The notes under the pieces are model-generated. The model searched no databases. It saw only the letters and a program-made list of their open reading frames with translations, and was not told the origin of the DNA. DNA of 64,000 nucleotides from contig JBJMOW010000004.1 of NCBI GenBank assembly GCA_045803545.1, forward strand, positions 960,001 through 1,024,000, given 5' to 3'. This DNA comes from Gemmatimonadaceae bacterium. Its GTDB lineage: Bacteria; Gemmatimonadota; Gemmatimonadetes; Gemmatimonadales; Gemmatimonadaceae. Below are positions 50,502 through 59,222 of the stretch, in pieces (within the stretch, counting starts at the first letter, position 1; the number at the start of each line of letters is the position of its first letter). The translations under genes were made by a program, and so were the position numbers.

Positions 50502-51794
50502 ATGGCTAACCCGATTGGAGGCCCCGCGACCACACCGACCGCTCCCCGAAAATCGGTGCCGACGCCGCCCCGTGCCCGCCCGCGCTCGATCAACCCATTC
50601 AGAGCGCTTCAGGTCCACCGGAATTTCCGACTCTTCTGGATCGGTCAGACTGTCTCGCTGATCGGAACGTGGATGCAAACGGTTGGGCAGGGCTGGCTTG
50701 CACTCGAGCTCACCAACAGCGCTTTCCTGGTCGGCGTCGTCAGTGCAGCGGGCAGTTTTCCGGTGCTCCTCCTTTCGCTTTACGGTGGAGTCGTTGCCGA
50801 TCGCTACAACAAACTGCGTATCGTGATCGTGTGCCAGGCCCTGCTGCTCGCAGAGGCGGGAGCGCTGTGGTGGTTTACGTGGTCCGGCCGAATCGATTTC
50901 GTCTCGCTACTGGTTCTCACGACACTCAATGGCGTCATCTCGGCGTTCGAGATTCCCGCGCGCCAGGCGATGATCGTCGAGCTTGTAACGCGCGAAGATC
51001 TGGTCGATGCGATCGCGCTCAACTCCGGCGGATTCAATCTCGCTCGTATCATCGGGCCGTCCATTGCCGCGATCGTGCTCGCCAAGTGGGGAGTCGCTGC
51101 CTGCTTTGCCATCAACGCGGTCAGCTATTTCGCAGTGCTTGGGAGTCTGTTTCAGGTGCGGCTGCCGCGATGGGTCCCGCGAGAATACCTCGTCTCTCCC
51201 ATCGAGCAGTTGAAGCAGGGCTTCCACTACATCCGCTCCAACCGCGCAGTAACGGGCTTGATGGCAGTCGTCGCCGTGTATTCGATCTTCGGCTTTCAGT
51301 ATTTGTCGATGATGCCGGTGATCGCGCGCGATGTGTTGCACACGGGCGCCGGCGGCTACGGTTTGCTTCTTACGTTCGTGGGAATCGGTGCGCTGACGGG
51401 CGCACTCTCCCTCGCCGGACTCGGCGTGCGCATCAAGCGTGGCCGGCTCTACAACATCACCGCCTACGTTTACGCAGGCCTGATCATGCTGTTCGCCCTG
51501 ACACGCTCGGTCCATCTCGCAGCCGCAGCACTGCTGTTCCTTGGTCTGGCGATGTTGATCAATGGCGCGCTGTCCAACGGAATCATCCAGTCCGTCGTGC
51601 CCGACGAGCTGCGCGGCCGCGTCGTCGCCACCTACATCTTCGTATACGTCGGCTTTCCACCAATCGGCTCTTTCCTCGCCGGCCTGCTGGCCGACTACAT
51701 CGGAGTCGAGTGGGCGATATTCGGCGGGGGACTTGTGATGTTGATCTTTGGGATCTGGGCGTTCTCGAAGTATCCGGAGATAAGGTCTGTTTGA
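50502..51794 (+). CDS. MFS transporter (MFS_3/DUF894 type)
   Basis: NFRLFWIGQTVSLIGTWMQ, GGVVADR, FNLARIIGP and PDELRGRV. Confidence 0.92.
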   Translation: MANPIGGPATTPTAPRKSVPTPPRARPRSINPFRALQVHRNFRLFWIGQTVSLIGTWMQTVGQGWLALELTNSAFLVGVVSAAGSFPVLLLSLYGGVVADRYNKLRIVIVCQALLLAEAGALWWFTWSGRIDFVSLLVLTTLNGVISAFEIPARQAMIVELVTREDLVDAIALNSGGFNLARIIGPSIAAIVLAKWGVAACFAINAVSYFAVLGSLFQVRLPRWVPREYLVSPIEQLKQGFHYIRSNRAVTGLMAVVAVYSIFGFQYLSMMPVIARDVLHTGAGGYGLLLTFVGIGALTGALSLAGLGVRIKRGRLYNITAYVYAGLIMLFALTRSVHLAAAALLFLGLAMLINGALSNGIIQSVVPDELRGRVVATYIFVYVGFPPIGSFLAGLLADYIGVEWAIFGGGLVMLIFGIWAFSKYPEIRSV

Positions 51795-51893
51795 CATCTC
51801 GAAGCGCTTGGAGCTGGGCTCGTCGCTAAACAGCTCCCTAAACTGGTAGCTCCCGGCTTTAGTTCTTTGATTGCCGGCTACGTATCGCGATCT

Positions 51894-52244
51894 CTACGCC
51901 GAGATGTGCCCGCGAAACATGAAGAACACCGCCCCAACTATGCACAACGCCGCCCACAGAAAGTCCAGCCGGGGCGGCTGTCGCATGTAGAAAACGGCGA
52001 ACGGCACGAATACCGTCAGCGTAATCGCCTCCTGCAGAATCTTTAGCTGCGGGAGCGACAGCTCGGTCGCTCCGATTCGATTCGCCGGGATCATGAACAT
52101 GTACTCGAACAACGCGATTCCCCAGCTCAGGATGACAGCGATGTACCACGGCCGGTTGCTGAGATTACGAAGGTGAGCGTACCAGGCGAACGTCATGAAG
52201 ATGTTCGAGATGATCAGCAGGCTCGCCGTTCTGAGAAGTAACAT
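51894..52244 (-). CDS. DMT-family small membrane protein (DUF486)
   Basis: SNIFMTFAWYAHL, SWGIALFEY..PANRIG and QLKILQE. Confidence 0.9.
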   Translation of the reverse strand: MLLLRTASLLIISNIFMTFAWYAHLRNLSNRPWYIAVILSWGIALFEYMFMIPANRIGATELSLPQLKILQEAITLTVFVPFAVFYMRQPPRLDFLWAALCIVGAVFFMFRGHISA

Positions 52245-52277
52245 TTTGTTGTCGAGTGAAGTTAGGGCGGCAGCGAT

Positions 52278-52628
52278 CTAGGCTTTTATCCAGACGCGAA
52301 TCGCAATCAAAACCAGAAAAATCGCGAAGCCCCTCTGGAGCTGGGTGCCGGAGATCATTTGGGCCAGACGCGCGCCGAACCACGCGCCGATGAACAATCC
52401 GAGCGCGATCCACAGCGATGCTGCGATGTTGAGGTGTCCGCGGCGCCAGTACTCCCACGCGCCCAACGCGCCGACCGGGAGCAGTAAAGCACCCAGTGAG
52501 GTCCCTGTCGCGGTCTGCGGCTGAAACTTGGCCAGCAGAATCAGCGCCGGCCCGATGACAATCCCGCCGCCAATGCCAAAAATCCCTGCTATGACTCCGG
52601 CAAAGAGGCCGATCGCTATGAATAGCAT
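52278..52628 (-). CDS. Sulfite exporter TauE/SafE family, half-size
   Basis: GIFGIGGG..P and ATGTSL motifs; 4 TM segments. Confidence 0.85.
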   Translation of the reverse strand: MLFIAIGLFAGVIAGIFGIGGGIVIGPALILLAKFQPQTATGTSLGALLLPVGALGAWEYWRRGHLNIAASLWIALGLFIGAWFGARLAQMISGTQLQRGFAIFLVLIAIRVWIKA

Positions 52629-52660
52629 ACGGTTTTAACTCGCGTTGATTGTGAGCCGCA

Positions 52661-53959
52661 TCAGGATGGAATTCCTTTCTTCGCCGCTTCCAGCACTTTG
52701 TCCGCGAACAGATCGATCTCATCGAGCGTCGTGTAGACGTTGGGGGTAATCCGAATTCCCTTGAACTCCGCGTGTACGATCGGTGTGTTGACGATGCGAT
52801 GCTGATTGAACAGCCACTGCCCGAGCTTGATGTTGTCGATGCCGTCGACCTGGAAGAGCGCGATAGCGCCTGACTGCCGGTTGTCGAGCGGTGTCAGCAC
52901 AGTTATCCGCGGGCTCTCGGCGACGAGCCGCTTCGCCCAGCGATCACGCAGGTAGCGGAGCCGGGCAACCTTGCGCTCGATCCCGATGCCGCGGTGGAAT
53001 GCGAGTGCAGCTGAGATCGCGTTGTGATTGGCAGCTGGATGAGTTCCGATTTCTTCGTACTTCCTGATGTCGTTGTCCTGTTTCACGTCGGCGGCCATCA
53101 GCGGCCAGAGATTCTTCTGCTTGTTCTTCCGCACATAGAGGAAGCCCGTGCCAACTGGCGCGAGCAGCCACTTGTGGAGGCTCGTTCCGTAATAGTCGCA
53201 GTTGAGATCGTCGCGCTTGAACGGGAAATGGGCAAACGCATGCGCGCCATCGACGAACACTTCGATACCGCGTGGCCGCGCGAAGTCTACTAGCTGCCGA
53301 ACGGGCATTATCTGCCCAGTAAGGTTGGTGATGTGGGTGACTTCGATCACCCTGGTCTTCGGTGTCACTGCCGCCTTGAACTGATCGACCAGGTATTCGT
53401 CCGACGGCGGCGGCACCTTGAAAGAGACCTGCCTGACTACGATTCCTTCGCGCCGAGCTCGCTGGTCCCACGCCGTCAGCATGCGCGGGTAGTTCTGGTT
53501 GGTAACGACTACTTCATCGCCGCGCTTGAGATCGAGACCCATGATCATGATCTCGTTTGCCTCCGACGCGTTGCGCGTGATTGCCATCTCCTCCGGATCG
53601 CACCCGAACTCGCTTGCCAGATCGCGGCGAACACTCTCGACGCGCGGCTCGAGCACGCGCCACATGTGCTCGACGGGCAGCTCGTTCGAGAATCTCAGAT
53701 CGCGGATCATCGCCTCGAGCACGTGACTGGGTGTCGGGCTGCAGCCGCCGTTGTTGAGATTGATCATTGTACGATCGGCGTCGAACGCCCGCTGGATCTC
53801 CGACCAGTACGATTCATCGTCGGCGACTGCGTTCGGCGACCGTCCTGCGCCGATAGCACCCGCGCGTATGAGGGACTTGATCGCGCCCTCGCGGAAAATC
53901 GGCTGCGCCGTCAGACTGGCGGCAGCCATCCCCGCCAGAAACTCCCGTCGTGTCGTCAT
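52661..53959 (-). CDS. Class V PLP-dependent aminotransferase with Tat signal
   Basis: TTRREFL; VDGAH; SLHKWL PLP lysine; GT motif. Confidence 0.9.
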   Translation of the reverse strand: MTTRREFLAGMAAASLTAQPIFREGAIKSLIRAGAIGAGRSPNAVADDESYWSEIQRAFDADRTMINLNNGGCSPTPSHVLEAMIRDLRFSNELPVEHMWRVLEPRVESVRRDLASEFGCDPEEMAITRNASEANEIMIMGLDLKRGDEVVVTNQNYPRMLTAWDQRARREGIVVRQVSFKVPPPSDEYLVDQFKAAVTPKTRVIEVTHITNLTGQIMPVRQLVDFARPRGIEVFVDGAHAFAHFPFKRDDLNCDYYGTSLHKWLLAPVGTGFLYVRKNKQKNLWPLMAADVKQDNDIRKYEEIGTHPAANHNAISAALAFHRGIGIERKVARLRYLRDRWAKRLVAESPRITVLTPLDNRQSGAIALFQVDGIDNIKLGQWLFNQHRIVNTPIVHAEFKGIRITPNVYTTLDEIDLFADKVLEAAKKGIPS

Positions 53960-53977
53960 GGGTGAGCCTCACCGCAG

Positions 53978-54009
53978 AAAAAAGACGGTCATCGTGTGAT
54001 GACCGTCTT
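53978..54009 (-). terminator. Intrinsic terminator
   Basis: AAGACGGTCATC/GATGACCGTCTT 12-bp stem with a U-tract on the minus strand. Confidence 0.8.
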
Positions 54010-54041
54010 CAATAATACGCCGTGCGGGAAAGCTCGGTGAG

Positions 54042-55190
54042 CTACTGATACTGTATATAGAGAGGCTTCGGGTTCAGCATCAGTACTTCCGCTGGTGTCA
54101 GCAGCGGATCGCCCTTCTTCGTGTCGTTGTGATAAAAGAGCTTGAACCCGGTGTACTCGACGGGCTCGGCTTCGACATACGCGCGATACGAATCGTACTT
54201 GAGCCATGGCTGTCCCCAGCCATCCATGTTGATGATCACCTGCACCCGTGGATCGAGCTTTATCGCCTTCGAGTCACTGAGCATGCGTCGCGTGAATCGA
54301 TGCACTATGAGAATCTTCGGGGGCAGGTTGTACTGCTTGACGAGTCCCGACAGCAGGTTGATCGCGAAGTTGACGTCGCTCGCGGTCATGGTGCCGATCT
54401 TTGTACCGGGCTTACTTCCGTCCTTCATCGAGAACTCGGGATCGATCGCGAGCATCACGTCAGGACGCTGCAGAAATGGAACGAGCCGAGGCAATTCTTC
54501 CTGCACAGTGCTCTGTCCGACTTGTACATCCAGGAACAGGATTGCGTGCTTTTTCTGCGCCCAACCGTAGACCATGTTGATCAGGCTGTCGGTCATGCGC
54601 AGGCGATACTTGCCGTCCCTGCCGGGTGCTCCCTGCGCCACGACGGCGATTAGGTGCAGCGCCGGCTGCACTGGATGCGACGGATCCGCCCTGGTCCACG
54701 CCGCGATTTCCTTGTCGAAGCGCGCCAGCATTTGGTCGGGTGGCAGCTCGCCGAGGATACCCATCTTTTTAGAAAGCGGATTTCCGTAGTAGGCGACGAT
54801 TCTCTTTTGCGGGAGGATCGCGCCAGGTAGCGGTCGCGGCGCGGTCGTCACCGGCCAATCCTTGTTTGCCAATCCGGCTTTGACTGCGGCGACGAGAGCG
54901 AGGCTGTCCTTTTTCGTGCGCCCTTTGATCGTTGGCACGGTGATCGGCGGATCCTTGGCTGCGGAATCTTTGCCGACCCCCTTCACGGTGCTCGATGCAC
55001 TTGGGCTCGTTGTCGCGCTCGCCACAATTGCCGGCGTCGGCTGTGCAGCGAGCGCGGTCGGCGGGCTTTCTGGGGAAATCGTCTGGCCTGTCGGCGACGG
55101 AGTTGCGTCCTTGCTCGCCGCGCAGGCGAACGAGGCGATGACCGCTGCTGGAAGGATCGAGAAATATCTATTGAACAATGTTGAGCTCAT
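54042..55190 (-). CDS. Hypothetical lipoprotein
   Basis: Lipobox-like SFAC, P/T/S linker, then a globular domain (VAYYGNP..MGILGE, LAIDPEF, MDGWG, GFKLFY). Confidence 0.75.
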   Translation of the reverse strand: MSSTLFNRYFSILPAAVIASFACAASKDATPSPTGQTISPESPPTALAAQPTPAIVASATTSPSASSTVKGVGKDSAAKDPPITVPTIKGRTKKDSLALVAAVKAGLANKDWPVTTAPRPLPGAILPQKRIVAYYGNPLSKKMGILGELPPDQMLARFDKEIAAWTRADPSHPVQPALHLIAVVAQGAPGRDGKYRLRMTDSLINMVYGWAQKKHAILFLDVQVGQSTVQEELPRLVPFLQRPDVMLAIDPEFSMKDGSKPGTKIGTMTASDVNFAINLLSGLVKQYNLPPKILIVHRFTRRMLSDSKAIKLDPRVQVIINMDGWGQPWLKYDSYRAYVEAEPVEYTGFKLFYHNDTKKGDPLLTPAEVLMLNPKPLYIQYQ

Positions 55191-55255
55191 TAACTGATGA
55201 GATTTTTTGGTGAGGCGATGAATGTTTTACACCAATTCAACAATCACGCCGATGG

Positions 55256-55328
55256 CGGGATGAGGGATGGGGATGAGAGATGGGGTAGGAGCGATCCGTT
55301 TGTCGTGCATCCCCCATCCCGTATCCCG
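55256..55328. repeat. Inverted heptamer arrays (CGGGATG...CATCCCG)
   Basis: cgggatg agggatg gggatg agagatg, a spacer, then catcccc catcccg tatcccg. Confidence 0.75.
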
Positions 55329-55337
55329 GTCCAGTTA

Positions 55338-55366
55338 TTGCCTTCGGTATATATTCGGTATACTAT
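55338..55366 (+). promoter_or_regulatory. imuA promoter with conserved operator-like motif
   Basis: TTGCCT-17-TACTAT; CTTCGGnnTATATTCGGTATA is shared with 62366-62386. Confidence 0.7.
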
Positions 55367-55375
55367 AGCAGAGCT

Positions 55376-56065
55376 ATGTCCGATCGCAACGCCGCCCTCC
55401 GCGCACTCATCGAGCATCGATTTCCTGATGCAACACCGGTCACCCACCGGACCGCGGAGCCGGTGGCAACCGGGATCAGCGCGCTCGATGGAATTCTACC
55501 AGGACATGGCTTGCCGCGCGGAAGACTCACGGTCTGGATGCCGCAAGGTGGAGCAACTGCGGTACTGAGAGCGGCGTGTAACACCACCGTCGCACAGGGT
55601 GAGCGCGCAGTCTGGATCGATGGACTCGGCACTGTTGCCGGACCGTTCTGGGAAGAAGGCACGATCCTGGTTCGTCCAAAGACACGCAAACATGGATTGC
55701 GTGGCGCCGAAGAACTTCTGCGCTGTGGTGGATTCGCGCTCGTCGTCATCGCCGGCATCGAGCCGGAAGGAACGGAGACAGTTCGCCTCTCTCGTGCCGC
55801 GCGCGAAGGAGGAGGTGCGCTCGTCACTCTGACATCGCACGCCTCGATGGCCAGTTTGCGCATGACGTCGAAGATCCTACGCGAGACTTATCGCTGGAAA
55901 AAAACTCCATTCGGTGATCCAGCCGAAGCGCAGGAAGTGATGCTGCGCGTCCGCGCCTTCTCCCTCGGCTGGAACAAGAGCGCGGATTTCCCCGTACGGG
56001 TCATACCATATGACGTCCGCGACTCTTTGGAAGCGGGCCTCGTCGATCGACGGGGTGTCCGCTGA
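55376..56065 (+). CDS. imuA: ImuA-like RecA-superfamily accessory protein
   Basis: VATGISALDGILPGHGLPRGRLT, degenerate Walker A, VWID and AEELLRCGGFALVV; short RecA-like core. Confidence 0.75.
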   Translation: MSDRNAALRALIEHRFPDATPVTHRTAEPVATGISALDGILPGHGLPRGRLTVWMPQGGATAVLRAACNTTVAQGERAVWIDGLGTVAGPFWEEGTILVRPKTRKHGLRGAEELLRCGGFALVVIAGIEPEGTETVRLSRAAREGGGALVTLTSHASMASLRMTSKILRETYRWKKTPFGDPAEAQEVMLRVRAFSLGWNKSADFPVRVIPYDVRDSLEAGLVDRRGVR

Positions 56066-56070
56066 CTGAG

Positions 56071-56193
56071 GATTGAGGCGTTCGGACCAACAGCCAGTGC
56101 GGAGTCCGGATTAAGTGAGGAATTCGGAAAAGTTCTCTCACCTCAATTATTCCGAAATCCGCCGGTCTGGCAGTTTGTCCGAACGCCTCAATC
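56071..56193. repeat. 123-bp empty copy of the GATTGAGGCGTTCGGAC IR element
   Basis: Both roughly 50-bp arms of the 30676 element are present around a 20-bp spacer, with no ORF. Confidence 0.92.
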
Positions 56194-56282
56194 CGCACCC
56201 AAGCCCGGAGTCCTCGCCTCCACCGAACGGTTTAATGGATCTCCGTGTCGAAGGTAGTAAGCATGGTCGTGACGATCAGCGA

Positions 56283-56810
56283 GTGAACGAAGCGGAGCTT
56301 ATCGCCCGAATCATCGACGGAGATAGGCTGGCCGGGCGGGCGCTGTACGACATGCACGCACCCCGGGTGTTCTCGCTCGCTTATCGAATGAGTGGTGACG
56401 CAGAGAAGGCGCGGGAGTTTACGCAGGATGCATTCATCCGAGCGTTCTCGAGGTTGTCGCAGTTTCGCGGCGAAGCCGCTTTCTCAACGTGGCTGCACCG
56501 CATCGTCGTCACGGTCGTGTCGAATGCACGACGCAACGAGGTACGGTTTGGGCGCGAAGTAGCGCTGGACGAGGCTCACTCGATCGAATCCACCGCGGCG
56601 GAAGCCGAGCCCGACTTGAAGGAATCGATAGAGAGGGCGGTGAACAACCTGTCGGAAGCTTATCGCACCACGCTGATACTGCACGACGTTGAGGGATATA
56701 CCCACGCGGAAATAGCCGTCATGCTCGGTGTCCCCGAGGGGACCTGCAAGAGCCGGCTTTCTGTGGCAAGAGCGCAGCTGAGAGAAGCACTGGCTGCATT
56801 CAAGGAGTAG
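56283..56810 (+). CDS. ECF sigma-70 factor (start uncertain)
   Basis: QDAFIRAF, FSTWLHRI and HAEIAVMLGVPEGTCKSRL. Confidence 0.92.
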   Translation: MNEAELIARIIDGDRLAGRALYDMHAPRVFSLAYRMSGDAEKAREFTQDAFIRAFSRLSQFRGEAAFSTWLHRIVVTVVSNARRNEVRFGREVALDEAHSIESTAAEAEPDLKESIERAVNNLSEAYRTTLILHDVEGYTHAEIAVMLGVPEGTCKSRLSVARAQLREALAAFKE

Positions 56811-56814
56811 GACG

Positions 56815-57447
56815 ATGGACGAAGATCGTTTCGAAGAGGTGATTCGCGATTTGCCGCGGAGCTTCAACGCTCCGCCGCCGCCTCCACTCGACGAGATGTG
56901 GGGCGTGATCGAGGACGCTCACTTCAATTCGCCACAATCGAAATCGACATCGCGTAGCAGTTTTCTGACGACGCCGTGGCTTGCCGCTGCAACGTTGCTC
57001 GTCGGTATTGGTATTGGTGCGTTATTCCCGCGAGCCAAGCCGCCAGCGACGGTTCAGGCTCCCGTCGCACAGAGCGCCCTTCCGCGAGAGACATCGGCGG
57101 TCGCGGACGTGTATCGCGATCAGACTCAACAGTACCTCGGCCAGGCTGCAGCGCTTCTCATTTCTCTGCCGGCGAGGGACGGAAGCAAGACCGCTGATTC
57201 AGCGTTTGCCAACAAGGCCGCCGATCTTCTCGTCACGACGCGACTGCTGATCGATTCACCCGCGGCATCGCGCGATGTCAAACTGCGTTCGCTGCTCGAC
57301 GATCTGGAGTTGGTGCTGGTTCAGATCGCGCGCCTCCGTAACGAGCGTTCGCGCAGTGATCTCGATCTGATTCATCAGGCAGTCGAGCAGGGAGACGTGC
57401 TGTCACGCCTCAACTCCGCAGTCGCCACAACTCAATCCTCCGAGTGA
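56815..57447 (+). CDS. Putative anti-sigma factor (single TM)
   Basis: Follows the ECF sigma gene; central TM segment. Confidence 0.65.
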   Translation: MDEDRFEEVIRDLPRSFNAPPPPPLDEMWGVIEDAHFNSPQSKSTSRSSFLTTPWLAAATLLVGIGIGALFPRAKPPATVQAPVAQSALPRETSAVADVYRDQTQQYLGQAAALLISLPARDGSKTADSAFANKAADLLVTTRLLIDSPAASRDVKLRSLLDDLELVLVQIARLRNERSRSDLDLIHQAVEQGDVLSRLNSAVATTQSSE

Positions 57448-59222
57448 GAACCAGGATGACCAGAGCCACTCTTATCGCTGCAGCTTTCGTTTGCGCGCTG
57501 CCGCTTGCGGCGCAAAACCCGACTCCCGCGCCGCCGGCACCACCCGCGCCTGCCGCCCCGCCTGCTGATATCGACATCGAGATGCCGGACTTGCCCGACA
57601 TGCCGGACATCCCCGATATGCCGGACATCCCGGATATGCCGGACATCCCGGATATGCCGGACATGCCCCTGCTTGCACCAATGCTCATGGACCTGGATCT
57701 GATCGGACCAGCGTTGGCGCCTCTCGGCGCGCTCTCCGACATCGATTTCGATTTCGAGATGCCGGAAATGCCCGAGATCCCTGACATGCCCGGTGTACCG
57801 TACAGTCCCGACATCCCACCGATGGCGTTGGCTCCGCGCATTGCGATGCCGGCGGTGCCGATGATCGCAATGCGACCAGCTGTGCCAGGTGTAACGCCCC
57901 TCATCGCGATTACTCCCGCGGCAAGCATTGGCTGGCAATCCCGATTCGACCAGGCATTCAGCGGCATCACCTCCAATCCGCCCGAGTCGTGGGCGCAAAC
58001 AGACCCCGCCGATTCGCTTTATAGACTGGCGCGTACTGCGCTGAATCGAGGCGAGTATCGCCGTGCCGCCGATCTCTTCGGCCAGATCAGTCAGAAATTT
58101 CCGAACTCGGTTTATGCTTCCGACGCCCGATACTGGCGTGCCTTCGCGCTCTACCGAATCGGCGGACACGACGATTTGCGCGTCGCACTCGTTTCACTGC
58201 AGGACAGTGGGCGTGGGTTTCGTCAGCAATCGCTCCAGACTGACGCGCCGGTTCTCGCGGCAAGAATTCGTGGGGCACTCGCGCGTGACGGAGACGAAAG
58301 CGCTCGACAGGCGCTCCAGACCGCTGCCACCCAACCTGGCGTGTGCGATCGTGAAGATCTCGCCGTTCGCGTGGAGGCGCTTAACTCGCTCGGTCAGACA
58401 GACCCGGAGTCAACCACTCCGATTCTGCGCCGTGTTCTCGCCCGCCGCGACGACTGCTCGGCGGCTCTTCGTCGCGCCGCGCTGTACCTGCTTGGGCGTC
58501 GCACTGACGACGAAGCGCGCGATCTCATCATCTCCGCCGCGCGCAACGATCCCGACATTCAAGTCCGCGCCGATGCCCTTCGTTTTCTGGCCGCGATGCC
58601 GGGCGATCAGCCGATCGCCACAATTGAAGAGATGGTGCGCACTCCCGGCAATGAGCAGCTCCAACGCGCGGCGATCGCCGCGCTTGGCAGAAGCGATAGC
58701 CCCCGCGCCCGTCAGAGTCTGCACAACGTAATCGAGCGCACCGATCTCTCGGAGAGCCTGCGCGCCACTGCGCTCTTGAGCGTCAGCGCGGATCGCTCGG
58801 GGGACAACGGAGCCTACTTACGATCGATCTACCCGCGGCTCGACACCCCACGGCTGAAAGGAGAGGCGATTCGCGCGATCGCGCGGATCGGCGGCAACGA
58901 CAACGATCAGTTTCTGCTCTCGATAGTTCGCAATCAGAGCGAATCACCTGATGTGAGAGCGACCGCCCTGCGCTCGGTTGGCCGGTCTACTATCTCGATC
59001 GCGGATCTGTCGAAAATGTACGACGCAGCAGATGACCGTCGGCTGCGCGAGCAGCTGATCGGACTGTTCGCTCAGCGAGACGACCCGCAGGCGACGGACA
59101 AACTCCTCGAGATCGCGCGCAACGGAACCGATCCCGATATGCGCCGCTACGCCATTTCCGCTCTGTCGCGCAAGAATGATCCGCGCACCAAGAAGCTCTT
59201 ACTGGAGATCATCGACAAATGA
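57444..59222 (+). CDS. Secreted HEAT-repeat protein with a TPR-like segment and Pro/Asp-rich N-terminus
   Basis: Signal peptide; xPD repeats; ADSLY..Y.RAA..F...FPNS.YA..ARYWRA (TPR-like); multiple HEAT units. Confidence 0.82.
   Translation: MRTRMTRATLIAAAFVCALPLAAQNPTPAPPAPPAPAAPPADIDIEMPDLPDMPDIPDMPDIPDMPDIPDMPDMPLLAPMLMDLDLIGPALAPLGALSDIDFDFEMPEMPEIPDMPGVPYSPDIPPMALAPRIAMPAVPMIAMRPAVPGVTPLIAITPAASIGWQSRFDQAFSGITSNPPESWAQTDPADSLYRLARTALNRGEYRRAADLFGQISQKFPNSVYASDARYWRAFALYRIGGHDDLRVALVSLQDSGRGFRQQSLQTDAPVLAARIRGALARDGDESARQALQTAATQPGVCDREDLAVRVEALNSLGQTDPESTTPILRRVLARRDDCSAALRRAALYLLGRRTDDEARDLIISAARNDPDIQVRADALRFLAAMPGDQPIATIEEMVRTPGNEQLQRAAIAALGRSDSPRARQSLHNVIERTDLSESLRATALLSVSADRSGDNGAYLRSIYPRLDTPRLKGEAIRAIARIGGNDNDQFLLSIVRNQSESPDVRATALRSVGRSTISIADLSKMYDAADDRRLREQLIGLFAQRDDPQATDKLLEIARNGTDPDMRRYAISALSRKNDPRTKKLLLEIIDK
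57582..57668 (+). repeat. In-frame 9-bp tandem repeat encoding (M/I/L)PD x9
   Basis: Alternating atgccggac / atcccggat units. Confidence 0.92.

Noticed and set aside
50669..51829. 386-aa alternative-frame ORF (also 9190-10134 and 50907-51797)
   Set aside because: Arg/Pro-rich off-frame or antisense shadows of well-supported genes.
57582..57668. CRISPR or phase-variable repeat
   Set aside because: The 9-bp unit is in frame with synonymous variation, so it is a coding peptide repeat.
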